From NCBI RefSeq assembly GCF_047607185.1, contig NZ_JASGDQ010000086.1:28478-92477 (forward strand): DNA of 64,000 bases, read 5' to 3'. Under the pieces are notes generated by a model. The model was not told where the DNA came from. It saw nothing but the letters and a program-made list of their open reading frames with translations, and did no database searches. The translations under genes and the position numbers were made by a program. Positions 20,861 to 32,381 of the stretch are shown here, one piece after another; positions within the stretch are counted from its first letter, which is position 1, and every line of letters starts with the position of its first letter. The DNA comes from Nocardioides sp. (GTDB taxonomy: Bacteria > Actinomycetota > Actinomycetes > Propionibacteriales > Nocardioidaceae).

Positions 20861-23199
20861 CCGCACCCACTTGCACGCAGCCCGGCTGTACCGGCTCCGT
20901 CGTCGACGGCTACTGCGACGTCTGCGGCATGGCGGGTGCCGCCGACGCTCCCACCCCTCCGACGGCCGGCGGCCGGTGTACGCAGCCCGGCTGCACCGGC
21001 TCGATCCTGGACGGCTACTGCGACGTCTGCGGCTCCCCCGCTGCCGCGGCCGGCTCGGGGTCCGCCGGAGAGACCAGCAGCGCGCCGGCTGGCGTCGGCA
21101 GTGAGCACTCCGTGGTCGCCTCCTCCTCGCGGGTCCAGTCGGCCGCCATCGGCTCGCGGCGCGCCGGGGGCACCGGTGCGACCCGTCGTACCCGCTCGGG
21201 CTCACAGCGGATGCGCGCCGCCCGGCTCGGCGCCGGGCTCACGACGGTGCCGCCGGCGCCGGCCGTCGACGCCGCCAGCGCGATCCTGGCCGACCCGCAG
21301 GTGCCCGAGGAGAAGAGGTGGTGCGCGAAGTGCGGAGCCGCCGTCGGCCGCGGCATCGACGGTACCCCCGGCCGCGCCGAGGGCTTCTGCCCGCAGTGCG
21401 GCAACCCGTTCTCCTTCACCCCGAAGCTGGTCGCCGGCGACCTGGTGGGCGGGCAGTACGAGGTCGCGGGGGCGCTCGCGCACGGCGGACTCGGCTGGAT
21501 CTACCTGGCCCGCGACCGCAACGTCTCCAACCGCTGGGTGGTGCTCAAGGGCCTGCTCAACTCCGGTGACCCCGACGCGCTCGCGGCGGCGATCGCCGAG
21601 CAGCAGTTCCTCGCCCAGGTCGAGCACCCCAATATCGTCGAGATCTACAACTTCGTCACCCACGAGGGTGCCGGCTATATCGTCATGGAGTACGTCGGCG
21701 GCAAGTCGCTCAAGCAGATCCTCAAGCAGCGGATGGCCGACAACGGCGGCGCCTACAGCCCGCTGCCGGTCGACCAGGCGCTGGCCTACATCCTGGAGCT
21801 GCTGCCGGCGTTCGGCTACCTGCACGACCTCGGCCTGGTCTACTGCGACTTCAAGCCCGACAACATGATCCAGGTCGGCGACGCGATGAAGCTGATCGAC
21901 CTCGGCGGGGTGCACCGCATCGACGACGAGGACTCGGCCATCTACGGCACGGTCGGCTATCAGGCGCCGGAAATCGCCGAGGTCGGCCCGAGCGTGGCCT
22001 CCGACATCTACACCATCGGCCGCACCCTGCTGGTGCTGTGCATGGAGTTCCGCGGCTATCAGGGTCGCTACCTGCACAGCCTGCCGGACGTGGCCGACAC
22101 GCCGCTGTTCCAGGACTACGACTCGCTGTACTGGCTGATCGCCAAGTGCTGCGCCCCCGACCCGGCGGACCGGTTCGCCTCGGTCGACGAGCTGCGCACC
22201 CAGATGCTCGGCGTGCTCCGCGAGGTGGTGGCTCGCAACCATGCCGGTCCGGCGACCACCTCCACCGCGTCGGTGCTCTTCGAGGCACCCGCCACCGCGA
22301 GCCCCATCACCGAGTGGACTCAGCTGCCGCGGCTGCGCGAGGACGTCACCGACCCGCAGTACGCCTGGCTGACCAGTATCCGCTCCGATGACCCGGCCGA
22401 GCACCTGCGCAACCTGCAGGATGCCCCCGCGGACTCGGCCGAGGTCTGGCTGACCCGGGCCCGGGCGGCGCTGCTGGTGGGCGACGCCGCTGCCGCCCGC
22501 CAGGCCACCGAGGCGCTGCTCGCCCAGGACCCGTGGGAGTGGCGGGCGCTGTGGCTCGACGGGCTCGCCGCCGTCCGCGCGGCGGACTGGGACGCCGCGA
22601 AGGCGGCCTTCAACGCCGTCTACCAGCAGGTGCCCGGCGAGCTGGCCGCCAAGCTCGCCCTCGCGCACGCCTGCGAGCAGGGCGGCCTCCCCGAGGTCGC
22701 CGAGAGCCTCTACCAGGTCTGCGTCCAGACCGACGCGGCCTACGTCGCCCCCGCCGCGTTCGGGATGGCCCGGGTGCGGGCCGCCCGGAGCGAGGTGACC
22801 GCCGCCGTCGAGGCGCTCGACCTGGTGCCGACGACCAGCCGGGGCTATCTCGAGAGCCGGCAGCTGCGCGCCGAGGTGCTGCTCGACGACACCTCCGCCT
22901 CCGCCGCGCCCGGACAACGGCTGGCCGTGCTCGACCAGGCCATGCGCACCATCGAGCAGGCCCAGCTCGACGGGCCGACCAGGCAGCGGTTCGCGGTCCG
23001 CATCCTCACCGAGGCGCTGCCTGTCGTGCAGGGTCAGGCCGCGGCCGGGACCATCGGCTCGGTGCCGGCCACCGAGACCGGCGTCCGGGACGGCCTGGAG
23101 CGGGCGCTGCGAGCACTGGCCCGCGACGCCGGGGAGGTCGAGGAGCGGGTCGACCTGGTCAACCAGGCCAATGCGGTGCGGAACTGGAGCCTGACGTGA
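20857..23199 (+). CDS. pknG: PknG-like soluble Ser/Thr kinase (tandem Cys4 ribbons, rubredoxin-like domain, non-RD kinase, TPR-like C-terminus)
   Basis: GGLGWIYL glycine loop, VVLKGL, YCDFKPDN non-RD catalytic loop, IDLG, GTVGYQAPE; CAKCG...CPQCG rubredoxin-like motif; helical repeat tail. Confidence 0.88.
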   Translation: MTAPTCTQPGCTGSVVDGYCDVCGMAGAADAPTPPTAGGRCTQPGCTGSILDGYCDVCGSPAAAAGSGSAGETSSAPAGVGSEHSVVASSSRVQSAAIGSRRAGGTGATRRTRSGSQRMRAARLGAGLTTVPPAPAVDAASAILADPQVPEEKRWCAKCGAAVGRGIDGTPGRAEGFCPQCGNPFSFTPKLVAGDLVGGQYEVAGALAHGGLGWIYLARDRNVSNRWVVLKGLLNSGDPDALAAAIAEQQFLAQVEHPNIVEIYNFVTHEGAGYIVMEYVGGKSLKQILKQRMADNGGAYSPLPVDQALAYILELLPAFGYLHDLGLVYCDFKPDNMIQVGDAMKLIDLGGVHRIDDEDSAIYGTVGYQAPEIAEVGPSVASDIYTIGRTLLVLCMEFRGYQGRYLHSLPDVADTPLFQDYDSLYWLIAKCCAPDPADRFASVDELRTQMLGVLREVVARNHAGPATTSTASVLFEAPATASPITEWTQLPRLREDVTDPQYAWLTSIRSDDPAEHLRNLQDAPADSAEVWLTRARAALLVGDAAAARQATEALLAQDPWEWRALWLDGLAAVRAADWDAAKAAFNAVYQQVPGELAAKLALAHACEQGGLPEVAESLYQVCVQTDAAYVAPAAFGMARVRAARSEVTAAVEALDLVPTTSRGYLESRQLRAEVLLDDTSASAAPGQRLAVLDQAMRTIEQAQLDGPTRQRFAVRILTEALPVVQGQAAAGTIGSVPATETGVRDGLERALRALARDAGEVEERVDLVNQANAVRNWSLT

Positions 23200-24317
23200 C
23201 CACGACCCCGACCGCCGCGGCGGCGGCGTGCCCGGCCTGCGGCGCGAGCGTCCCGCCGAGGGCCCGGTTCTGCGAGTCCTGCGGCGCCGGCCTCGATCAG
23301 GCCGCCGGGGGCGCGGCGAGCCCGACCACCCCCGACGCTGCCGAGGACAGTCACGAGATCGCTCCGATCAGCGCGCCCACCCGGCGGCCGTCGGGCGCGC
23401 TGCCCGACCCCCAGGTCCAGGCCGGCGCCGTGGACCGCTGCGCCGACTGCGGTGCCACGGTCGGGCCGGACGGCTACTGCACCGAGTGCGGCGCCAAAGC
23501 GCCCAGCCCACGCGACCACTTCCGCGAGCAACCGGCCAGCTGGGTCGCGGGGGTGTGCGACAAGGGCGTCGGCAAAGCCGGCAACGAGGACGCGATGGCG
23601 CTCCTCGCCGGCCGCGAGCCTGGCTCGCGGGCGGTGCTGATCGTGCTCGACGGGGTGTCCAACTCGCTGCACTCCGCCAAGGCGTCCCTGGCCGGGGCGA
23701 AGGCCGCCCGCGACGTGCTCCGGCTGCCGCTGCCGACCGGACTCGGCACCCCCGCCGGGCGTGAGGCCGCCGTGACGAAGGTGCTCACGACCGCGGTGAG
23801 CGCCGCCAACAACGCCATCGTCGCCGGCACCGACCCCGGCTCGCCCAACCCGGCCTCGGCGACGATCGTCTTCGCCGTGCTGGAGGGCCGCCGGATCCAC
23901 TATGCCGGGGTCGGGGACTCACGGGCCTACTGGCTGCCCGACACCGAGCCCGGCGTCCAGCTGACGGTCGACGACTCGCTCGCGCAGGACCAGATCGCGG
24001 CCGGCGTGCCGCGCCAGGACGCCGAGGCCTCCCCCCAGGCCCACGCCATCACCAAGTGGCTCGGCCGCGACGCGGAGGACATCGCGCCCCGGATCGGCCA
24101 CCTCGACGTCACCGCGGCGGGCTGGCTGCTGGTCTGCTCCGACGGGCTGTGGAACTACGCCTCCGAGCCGGCCGCGCTGCAGCGGCAGATCGCCGCCAGC
24201 GGTACGACGGACCCTGCCGAGCTCGCGCTCGCCCTGGTCGGTTTCGCCAACGCCGCGGGCGGGCATGACAACATCACCGTCGCCCTGGCTCGCGTCAAGG
24301 CCGAACTCGACGGGTAG
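23196..24317 (+). CDS. PP2C/PPM Ser/Thr phosphatase with N-terminal double zinc ribbon
   Basis: NED, VLDG, GDSRAY, CSDGLW, GHDNIT metal motifs; CPACG..FCESCG and CADCG..YCTECG. Confidence 0.92.
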   Translation: MTTTPTAAAAACPACGASVPPRARFCESCGAGLDQAAGGAASPTTPDAAEDSHEIAPISAPTRRPSGALPDPQVQAGAVDRCADCGATVGPDGYCTECGAKAPSPRDHFREQPASWVAGVCDKGVGKAGNEDAMALLAGREPGSRAVLIVLDGVSNSLHSAKASLAGAKAARDVLRLPLPTGLGTPAGREAAVTKVLTTAVSAANNAIVAGTDPGSPNPASATIVFAVLEGRRIHYAGVGDSRAYWLPDTEPGVQLTVDDSLAQDQIAAGVPRQDAEASPQAHAITKWLGRDAEDIAPRIGHLDVTAAGWLLVCSDGLWNYASEPAALQRQIAASGTTDPAELALALVGFANAAGGHDNITVALARVKAELDG

Positions 24318-24346
24318 GTTGGCCGACACCACACTGCACGGAGAGG

Positions 24347-25648
24347 ATGGCCATGGCCGAGTTCACCGCCGCCGTCTACCAGAACGAGTTCCTGCCCGAC
24401 GGCGGGACCGACGTCCATGCCATCGTCACCATCACCAGCTCGGGGGCGGGCACGGCCGGGCAGTCCGGCTCGGGCGAAGCCGGCGAGATCATCATCGTCG
24501 ACACCTCCGGGTCGATGGGGATCGAGACCATGGCGGCGGCCCGGGATGGCGCCCAGGCGGCGCTCGCGGAGATCCTCGACGGCACCTGGTTCGCCGTCGT
24601 CGCCGGGACCGACCAGGCAGCTCTGGCCTATCCTCCCGTGCGCAGCGGCCCGGGCCTGGTGCGGATGTCGGAGGCGACCCGGCACGAGGCCGCCACCGCG
24701 ATCGGCAAGCTCAAGTCGGGCGGCGGCACCGCCATCAGCACCTGGCTCGATCTAGCCGGCCAGCTGTTCAGCTCGGTGCCGGAGGTCACCCAGCGGCATG
24801 CGCTGTTGCTCACCGACGGCGAGAACCAGGAGAGCGGCAGCCTCCTCGCCGATGCGATCGGGCGAGCCACCGGCTACTTCCAGTGCGACTGCCGGGGTGC
24901 CGGGACCGACTGGAAGGTGGCCGAGCTGCGCACCATCGCCCAGGCGCTGCTGGGCACCGTGGACATCATCCCCGCGCCCAAGCAGATGCGGGCGCAGTTC
25001 CAGGAGATCATGCGGGCCTCGATGGCGCGCGGCATCGCCGACGCGAAGCTGCGGGTGTGGGCGCCACAGGGTGCCCAGATCCTGTTCGTCCGCCAGGTCG
25101 CTCCCACGCTGGAGGAGCTCACCGACCGTCGCGTCGAGGTCAATCCGCTGACCGGCGACTACCCCACCGGGGCATGGGCCGACGAGTCCCGGGACTATCA
25201 CATCGCGGTCCGCGTCGCCGCCAAGGCGATCGGCCAGGAGCAGCTCGCCGCCCGGGTGCAGCTGGTGCTGCCCGGCGCCGAGCCGGAGGTGGCCGCCCAG
25301 GGTCTCGTCAAGGCGACCTGGTCGAACAACTCCGAGCTCACCGCGCGGATCGACCAGCAGGTCGCGCACTACACCGGACAGGCCGAGCTGGCCGCCGCGA
25401 TCCAGGAGGGTCTGGCGGCTCGGGCCGCGGGCGACGACGCCACCGCGACCACCAAGCTGGGCCGGGCGGTGCAGCTCGCCGCCCAGACCGGCAATGAGGA
25501 GGCCACCACCCGGCTGCGCAAGGTGGTCGACATCGAGGACGAGGCCGAGGGCACCGTGCGACTCAAGCGGACGGTGGACAAGGCCGACGAGATGGCCCTC
25601 GACACCGCCTCCACCAAGACCACCCGTATCGGGAAGAGCGGCACCTGA
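24347..25648 (+). CDS. von Willebrand factor A domain protein
   Basis: MIDAS IIVDTSGSM, GGGT, LLTDGEN. Start is ATG 24347 or 24353. Confidence 0.92.
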   Translation: MAMAEFTAAVYQNEFLPDGGTDVHAIVTITSSGAGTAGQSGSGEAGEIIIVDTSGSMGIETMAAARDGAQAALAEILDGTWFAVVAGTDQAALAYPPVRSGPGLVRMSEATRHEAATAIGKLKSGGGTAISTWLDLAGQLFSSVPEVTQRHALLLTDGENQESGSLLADAIGRATGYFQCDCRGAGTDWKVAELRTIAQALLGTVDIIPAPKQMRAQFQEIMRASMARGIADAKLRVWAPQGAQILFVRQVAPTLEELTDRRVEVNPLTGDYPTGAWADESRDYHIAVRVAAKAIGQEQLAARVQLVLPGAEPEVAAQGLVKATWSNNSELTARIDQQVAHYTGQAELAAAIQEGLAARAAGDDATATTKLGRAVQLAAQTGNEEATTRLRKVVDIEDEAEGTVRLKRTVDKADEMALDTASTKTTRIGKSGT

Positions 25649-26406
25649 TGTCGAGCCCTCACCGGTGTCCCGCCGGGCACGACTCGGCCGCCGAGGACTA
25701 CTGCGACGTCTGCGGCCTGGCGATCCTCGCCGGGGCTACGACGAGCGCCCCGCCCGTGCCCGACCCGGTCGCGGAGTCGGCCCAAGCGTCGACCGTGGCG
25801 GGCGATGCCCAGGCGGCGCCCGCCACGCCAGTCACGGCCCAGTGCCCCAGCTGCCAGGCCGACAACCCGGCCAATGCGCTGTTCTGCGAGGCATGCGGCT
25901 ACGACTTCACGACCGGCAGCCTGCCCCGCCCGGCGGCCCCGCCAACGAGCACGCCAGCGGCCACCCCGCCGAGCAGCCCCGGCGAGGTCGCTCCGCCGCT
26001 GCCGGACGGCTGGGTGGCGGAGGTCTGGATCGACCCTGACTGGTATGTCGACCAGGCCAGCACCGACCCGCTCCCCTCGGCCGGCGCCCCCGTCGTCGTA
26101 GCGCTGCGGGCGACCTCGATCCTGATCGGCCGCACCTCCCAGAGCCGCAACATCCATCCCGACCTCGAGCTCGGCTCCGATCCGGGCATCAGCCGTCGAC
26201 ACTGCCAGCTCACCACCGACGGCACCCGCTGGTGGGTCGAGGATCTCGGCTCCTCCAACGGGACCTATGTCGGGGCCGCCGTCGGCGGGCTGCCGACCGC
26301 GCCGGTCCAGCCGGGCACCAAGCGCGAGATCGGCCCCCAGGAATGTCTCTTCCTCGGCGCTTGGACGCGGGTCGTGCTGCGCCGGGCAACGCCGGGCGAG
26401 ATCTGA
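25648..26406 (+). CDS. FHA domain protein with N-terminal zinc ribbons
   Basis: IGR, SRRH, DLGSSNGT phosphothreonine-binding residues; CPAGH..YCDVCG and CPSC..FCEACG. Confidence 0.93.
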   Translation: MSSPHRCPAGHDSAAEDYCDVCGLAILAGATTSAPPVPDPVAESAQASTVAGDAQAAPATPVTAQCPSCQADNPANALFCEACGYDFTTGSLPRPAAPPTSTPAATPPSSPGEVAPPLPDGWVAEVWIDPDWYVDQASTDPLPSAGAPVVVALRATSILIGRTSQSRNIHPDLELGSDPGISRRHCQLTTDGTRWWVEDLGSSNGTYVGAAVGGLPTAPVQPGTKREIGPQECLFLGAWTRVVLRRATPGEI

Positions 26407-27243
26407 TCACGACGCCGGCCGGGGCTCGATCCGCTCCGCGCCGGCGTAGACGTTCATCGAGGAGCCGCGCAGGAAGCCGACCAGGGTCAGGCCGTTGTCC
26501 TCGGCGAGCTCGACGGCCAGCGAGGACGGCGCCGAGACGGCCGCCAGTGCCGGGATGCCGGCCATGACCGCCTTCTGCACCAGCTCGAAGGAGGCCCGGC
26601 CGCTGACCGCCAGCACGGTGCCGCGCAACGGCAGCATCCCCTCGCGGGCGGCGTGGCCGACCACCTTGTCCACCGCATTGTGACGACCGACGTCCTCGCG
26701 GGCGCAGAGCAGCTCGCCGTCGGCGGCGAAGAGCCCGGCGGCGTGCAGCCCGCCGGTGCTGTCGAAGACCCGCTGCGCGGCGCGCAGCCGCTCGGGCAGC
26801 GAGGACAGCAGCGCCGGGGCGATCCGCAGCGGGTCCTCGGCGACCGACCATGCCGACGCGGTGCGCACCGCCTCCAGCGACGCCTTGCCACACAGGCCGC
26901 ACGAGGAGGTGGTGTAGAAGCTGCGCTCCAGCGAGGCGCTGGGCGCGGGCACCGCCGGGTCCAGCACCACGTCGACCACGTTGTAGGTGTTGACGCCGTC
27001 GGCGGTGGCGCCCAGGCAGTAGCGCACCCCGGCGACGTCGGCGCTCGCGTGCACCACGCCCTCGCTCACCAGGAAGCCCACCGCCAGGTCGAAGTCGTCG
27101 CCGGGCGTGCGCATGGTGACGGTCAGCGGCCGGCCGTCGACCCGGATCTCCATCGGTTCCTCGGCGGCCAGCGTGTCGGGTCGCTGGGAGAGGGCGCCGT
27201 CGCGCACCCGCAGCACCCGTCGTCGTACCGTCACCCGGCCCAT
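26407..27243 (-). CDS. fdhD: Formate dehydrogenase accessory sulfurtransferase
   Basis: EEPMEIRV, MRTPG, SSCGLCG, TGGLHAA, REDVGRHNAVDK. Confidence 0.96.
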   Translation of the reverse strand: MGRVTVRRRVLRVRDGALSQRPDTLAAEEPMEIRVDGRPLTVTMRTPGDDFDLAVGFLVSEGVVHASADVAGVRYCLGATADGVNTYNVVDVVLDPAVPAPSASLERSFYTTSSCGLCGKASLEAVRTASAWSVAEDPLRIAPALLSSLPERLRAAQRVFDSTGGLHAAGLFAADGELLCAREDVGRHNAVDKVVGHAAREGMLPLRGTVLAVSGRASFELVQKAVMAGIPALAAVSAPSSLAVELAEDNGLTLVGFLRGSSMNVYAGAERIEPRPAS

Positions 27244-27247
27244 CGGC

Positions 27248-29533
<2,286 letters not shown>

Positions 29534-29606
29534 AGTCAGCCGACCAGGGTGACGGTGTCGGGGAAGGCGGCGGCGACTCCCGGCTCACTGGACTCAGAGC
29601 GTGTTC

Positions 29607-30062
29607 TCATGCCGCCTCTGCCACCGCCTTCATGCGCTCCAGGGTCCGCAGCATCCCGCGGCGGTTGGTGCGACCGCGCAACAGCCCGAAGGCCGCCCAG
29701 TAGACCCGGGTCAGCGCATTGGTCTGCAGCGCGAACGACTCGGTGACCTCGGTGCCCTCGCCGTCCGGGCGGAGCTGGTAGCGCCAGTTGTTGATGCGGG
29801 CGCCGGCGCCGTAGACGGTGAAGCCGAAGTCGCGCTCGGGGATGCAGGAGGTCACCTTGCAGGAGGTCCAGTAGACCGGTCCGATGCCATTGCGCCGGAC
29901 GTGACCGCGGAAGTGGGCGCCGAGCTCGGGGCCGGTGGCCCCGTCGACCCACTCGGCCTCGAAGGTCTCGGGGCTGAACTCGCCGATCCTGGTGACGTCG
30001 CTGATCAGGTCCCAGACGACCGAGGGTGGTGCCGCGATGCGGAGTGTCACTGAGCCTTTCAC
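29607..30062 (-). CDS. SRPBCC/polyketide cyclase-like ligand-binding protein
   Basis: VWDLISDVTRIGEFSPE...FRG...W.Y.L pattern; TAGGCT 7 nt upstream of the GTG. Confidence 0.85.
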   Translation of the reverse strand: MKGSVTLRIAAPPSVVWDLISDVTRIGEFSPETFEAEWVDGATGPELGAHFRGHVRRNGIGPVYWTSCKVTSCIPERDFGFTVYGAGARINNWRYQLRPDGEGTEVTESFALQTNALTRVYWAAFGLLRGRTNRRGMLRTLERMKAVAEAA

Positions 30063-30114
30063 GCTCCAGAGCCTAGTAGCCTGTCGCGGCTAGCCGCGTC
30101 GGGAACGCCAGGCG

Positions 30115-30891
30115 TCACACCGCGAAGAGCGGCGTGACGAGGGCGACCGGCGCGTCGGGGAGGCCGACCGTCTGCGGGCTGCCGACCGGGAGGAGCCCGC
30201 GCAGCCGTGCCAGCAAGGCCGACCTCACCTGGTGGACGTCCACCCCGGGGACGGTGTCCATGACCGAGCCGACCGTCTCCGGCCGGAGGTCGAGTCCCAG
30301 CTCGTCGTACCCGACCGCAAGCGCCGCCCGGACTCGGTCGACCGGGCCGATCGAGACCACGGCGCTGAGCAGATAGCCCGCCCGAACGATGCGCTGGCCG
30401 ACCCCGACCAGCTTGGCGCGACCGGCGTCGCTGACACTGAACTCGCCATCGCAGTACTCCCCCGGCACCGGACCGACCCGGGCATCGACGCCGAGGTCGC
30501 GCAGCCCGTCGGCCAGGACCTCGGAGAACGCGGCGAACCGCTCCCGGACGTGCTCTCGAGGCGCCCGGTGCGGGGCCATCAGGTGGATGACGAGCGCGCC
30601 CTCGTCGTAGATCGCGAGGTGTCCGCCGACCGGGCGCACCATCGGCACGAAGCCACGCTCCAGGAGCACCCGCCGTGCCGCCGGATAGCCTGGCCGTCGC
30701 GCGTCGCGGCCGCTGAACGCCGCCGTCGGCGGCGGCACCATCAGTTCGAGCCTGGCCTCGACCGAGCCGCTCACCAAGTCGTCGAGCCGGCGGCGGACCC
30801 AGCGCACGTCGTCCGGGCCGGCACGGGGAGGCACCAGATGTGCGACGGCCCGGCCGTGACCGAAGGCGTCGCCCCGGGGAGCGATGGTCAC
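30115..30891 (-). CDS. Lipoate-protein ligase / octanoyltransferase-like protein (LplA/LipM fold)
   Basis: VRPVGGHLAI and KLVGVGQR motifs, EYCDGEFSV; GTG start overlaps the stop of the kinase gene. Confidence 0.8.
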   Translation of the reverse strand: MTIAPRGDAFGHGRAVAHLVPPRAGPDDVRWVRRRLDDLVSGSVEARLELMVPPPTAAFSGRDARRPGYPAARRVLLERGFVPMVRPVGGHLAIYDEGALVIHLMAPHRAPREHVRERFAAFSEVLADGLRDLGVDARVGPVPGEYCDGEFSVSDAGRAKLVGVGQRIVRAGYLLSAVVSIGPVDRVRAALAVGYDELGLDLRPETVGSVMDTVPGVDVHQVRSALLARLRGLLPVGSPQTVGLPDAPVALVTPLFAV

Positions 30892-32381
30892 GAGGCTGTT
30901 CCGGTCACGGTGCGCACGGCGGTGGTCCAGCCGGCGTAGAGACCGTCTCGCCGGTCCGCGGACATCCGGGGCTCGAAGACACGGTCGGCCGCCCAGCGCT
31001 CGGCGAGATCGCCCAGCTTCCACAGACCGCCCGCGACTCCGGCGACATGAGCCACGCCGAGCGCGGTCTGCTCGAGCAGCCGGGGACGCAGCACCGGCAC
31101 GCCGAGGATGTCGGCCTGGAACTGGCAGAGCAGCTCGTTGGCGACGGCACCCCCGTCGACGCGCAGCTGCGGCACCGCGACACCGCCGGCCTGGAACGCC
31201 TCGACGACGTCCCGGGTCTGGTAGGCCAGCGACTCCAGCCCGGCGCGTACGACGTGCTCGCGACCGCTCTCGAGGGTCAGTCCCACGATCGCGGCGCTGG
31301 CCTCGCGCACCCAGTGCGGCGCGCAGATACCGGCGAAGGCCGGCACGACGTAGACCCCGTCGGTGTCGGGGACCCGGCCGGCGACGTCCTCGACGCGCTC
31401 GCCGGGGCCGAGCACGCCCAGCTTCTCGCGTAGCCACTGCAGCGTCTGCCCGCAGTGGAAGACGACGCCCTCGGCCTCGTAGTCGGTGCGGCCTTCGAGG
31501 GTCCATCCCACGCTGGCGGTCAGGCCGTCGAGGACGGCCGGCTGCCGGCCGGTGTTGGCGGTCACCACCCCGGCGGTGCCATAGGTGTTCTTGACCGTGC
31601 CGGGCGCCAGGCAGCCCTGGCCGAACATCCCGGCCATCTGGTCGCCCATCACCGCGGAGAGCGGGAACGGCGCGGTGCCGGGCAGGGCCAGGTCGCGGGG
31701 GCGGACCTCGTCGAAGTGGCCGTCGGAGGGGCGCACGTCGGGCAGCACCGACATCGGCACGCCGGTGGCGGCGCAGAGCTCCTCGTCCCAGGCCAGGTCG
31801 GCCAGCGAGAACAGCGCGGTTCGAGACGCCTCGCTCGGGTCGGTGGCGTGGCAGCGGCCGCCGGTGAGGTTCCAGATCAGCCAGCTGTCGAGGGTGCCGA
31901 AGGCGAGCTCCCCGGCCAGCGCCCGGTCGCGGGCGCCGGGCACGGTCTCGAGCAGCCAGGCCGCCTTGGCGGCGCTGAAGAAGGAGTCGTTGAAGAGGCC
32001 GGTGCGCTCGCGGAAGACCGGGTCCAGGCCCTCGGCGCGCCACCGCTCGACGATCGGGTCGGTCTGCTTCGAGAGCCACATGATCGCGTGGTGCACCGGC
32101 TCGCCGGTGGCCCGGTCCCAGAGCAGGCAGGTCTCCCGCGAGGTGGTGACTCCGGCCCCGGCGATGTCGTCGGTGGTCGCGCCCGCGTGGTCGAGCGCCT
32201 CGGCGAGCGAGTCGCGCAGCGCCCCCCACAGCTGCCAGGGGTCCAGCTCCACCCAGCCACGGTGCGGGAAGAGCGGCTCGGTGGGGCGCCGGGCCTCGGC
32301 GGCGATCTCGCCGTCGGCGCCGACCAGCACCGCCCGGGCGCTGGTCGAGCCGAGGTCCAGCGCCAGGGCGTAGCGGCTCAT
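30888..32381 (-). CDS. Glycerol-kinase-like FGGY kinase
   Basis: LDLGSTS, RET..WD, FGTLDSWLIW, ASRT, GDQ, KNTYGT, VDGG; several GlpK consensus positions are substituted. Confidence 0.88.
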   Translation of the reverse strand: MSRYALALDLGSTSARAVLVGADGEIAAEARRPTEPLFPHRGWVELDPWQLWGALRDSLAEALDHAGATTDDIAGAGVTTSRETCLLWDRATGEPVHHAIMWLSKQTDPIVERWRAEGLDPVFRERTGLFNDSFFSAAKAAWLLETVPGARDRALAGELAFGTLDSWLIWNLTGGRCHATDPSEASRTALFSLADLAWDEELCAATGVPMSVLPDVRPSDGHFDEVRPRDLALPGTAPFPLSAVMGDQMAGMFGQGCLAPGTVKNTYGTAGVVTANTGRQPAVLDGLTASVGWTLEGRTDYEAEGVVFHCGQTLQWLREKLGVLGPGERVEDVAGRVPDTDGVYVVPAFAGICAPHWVREASAAIVGLTLESGREHVVRAGLESLAYQTRDVVEAFQAGGVAVPQLRVDGGAVANELLCQFQADILGVPVLRPRLLEQTALGVAHVAGVAGGLWKLGDLAERWAADRVFEPRMSADRRDGLYAGWTTAVRTVTGTAS

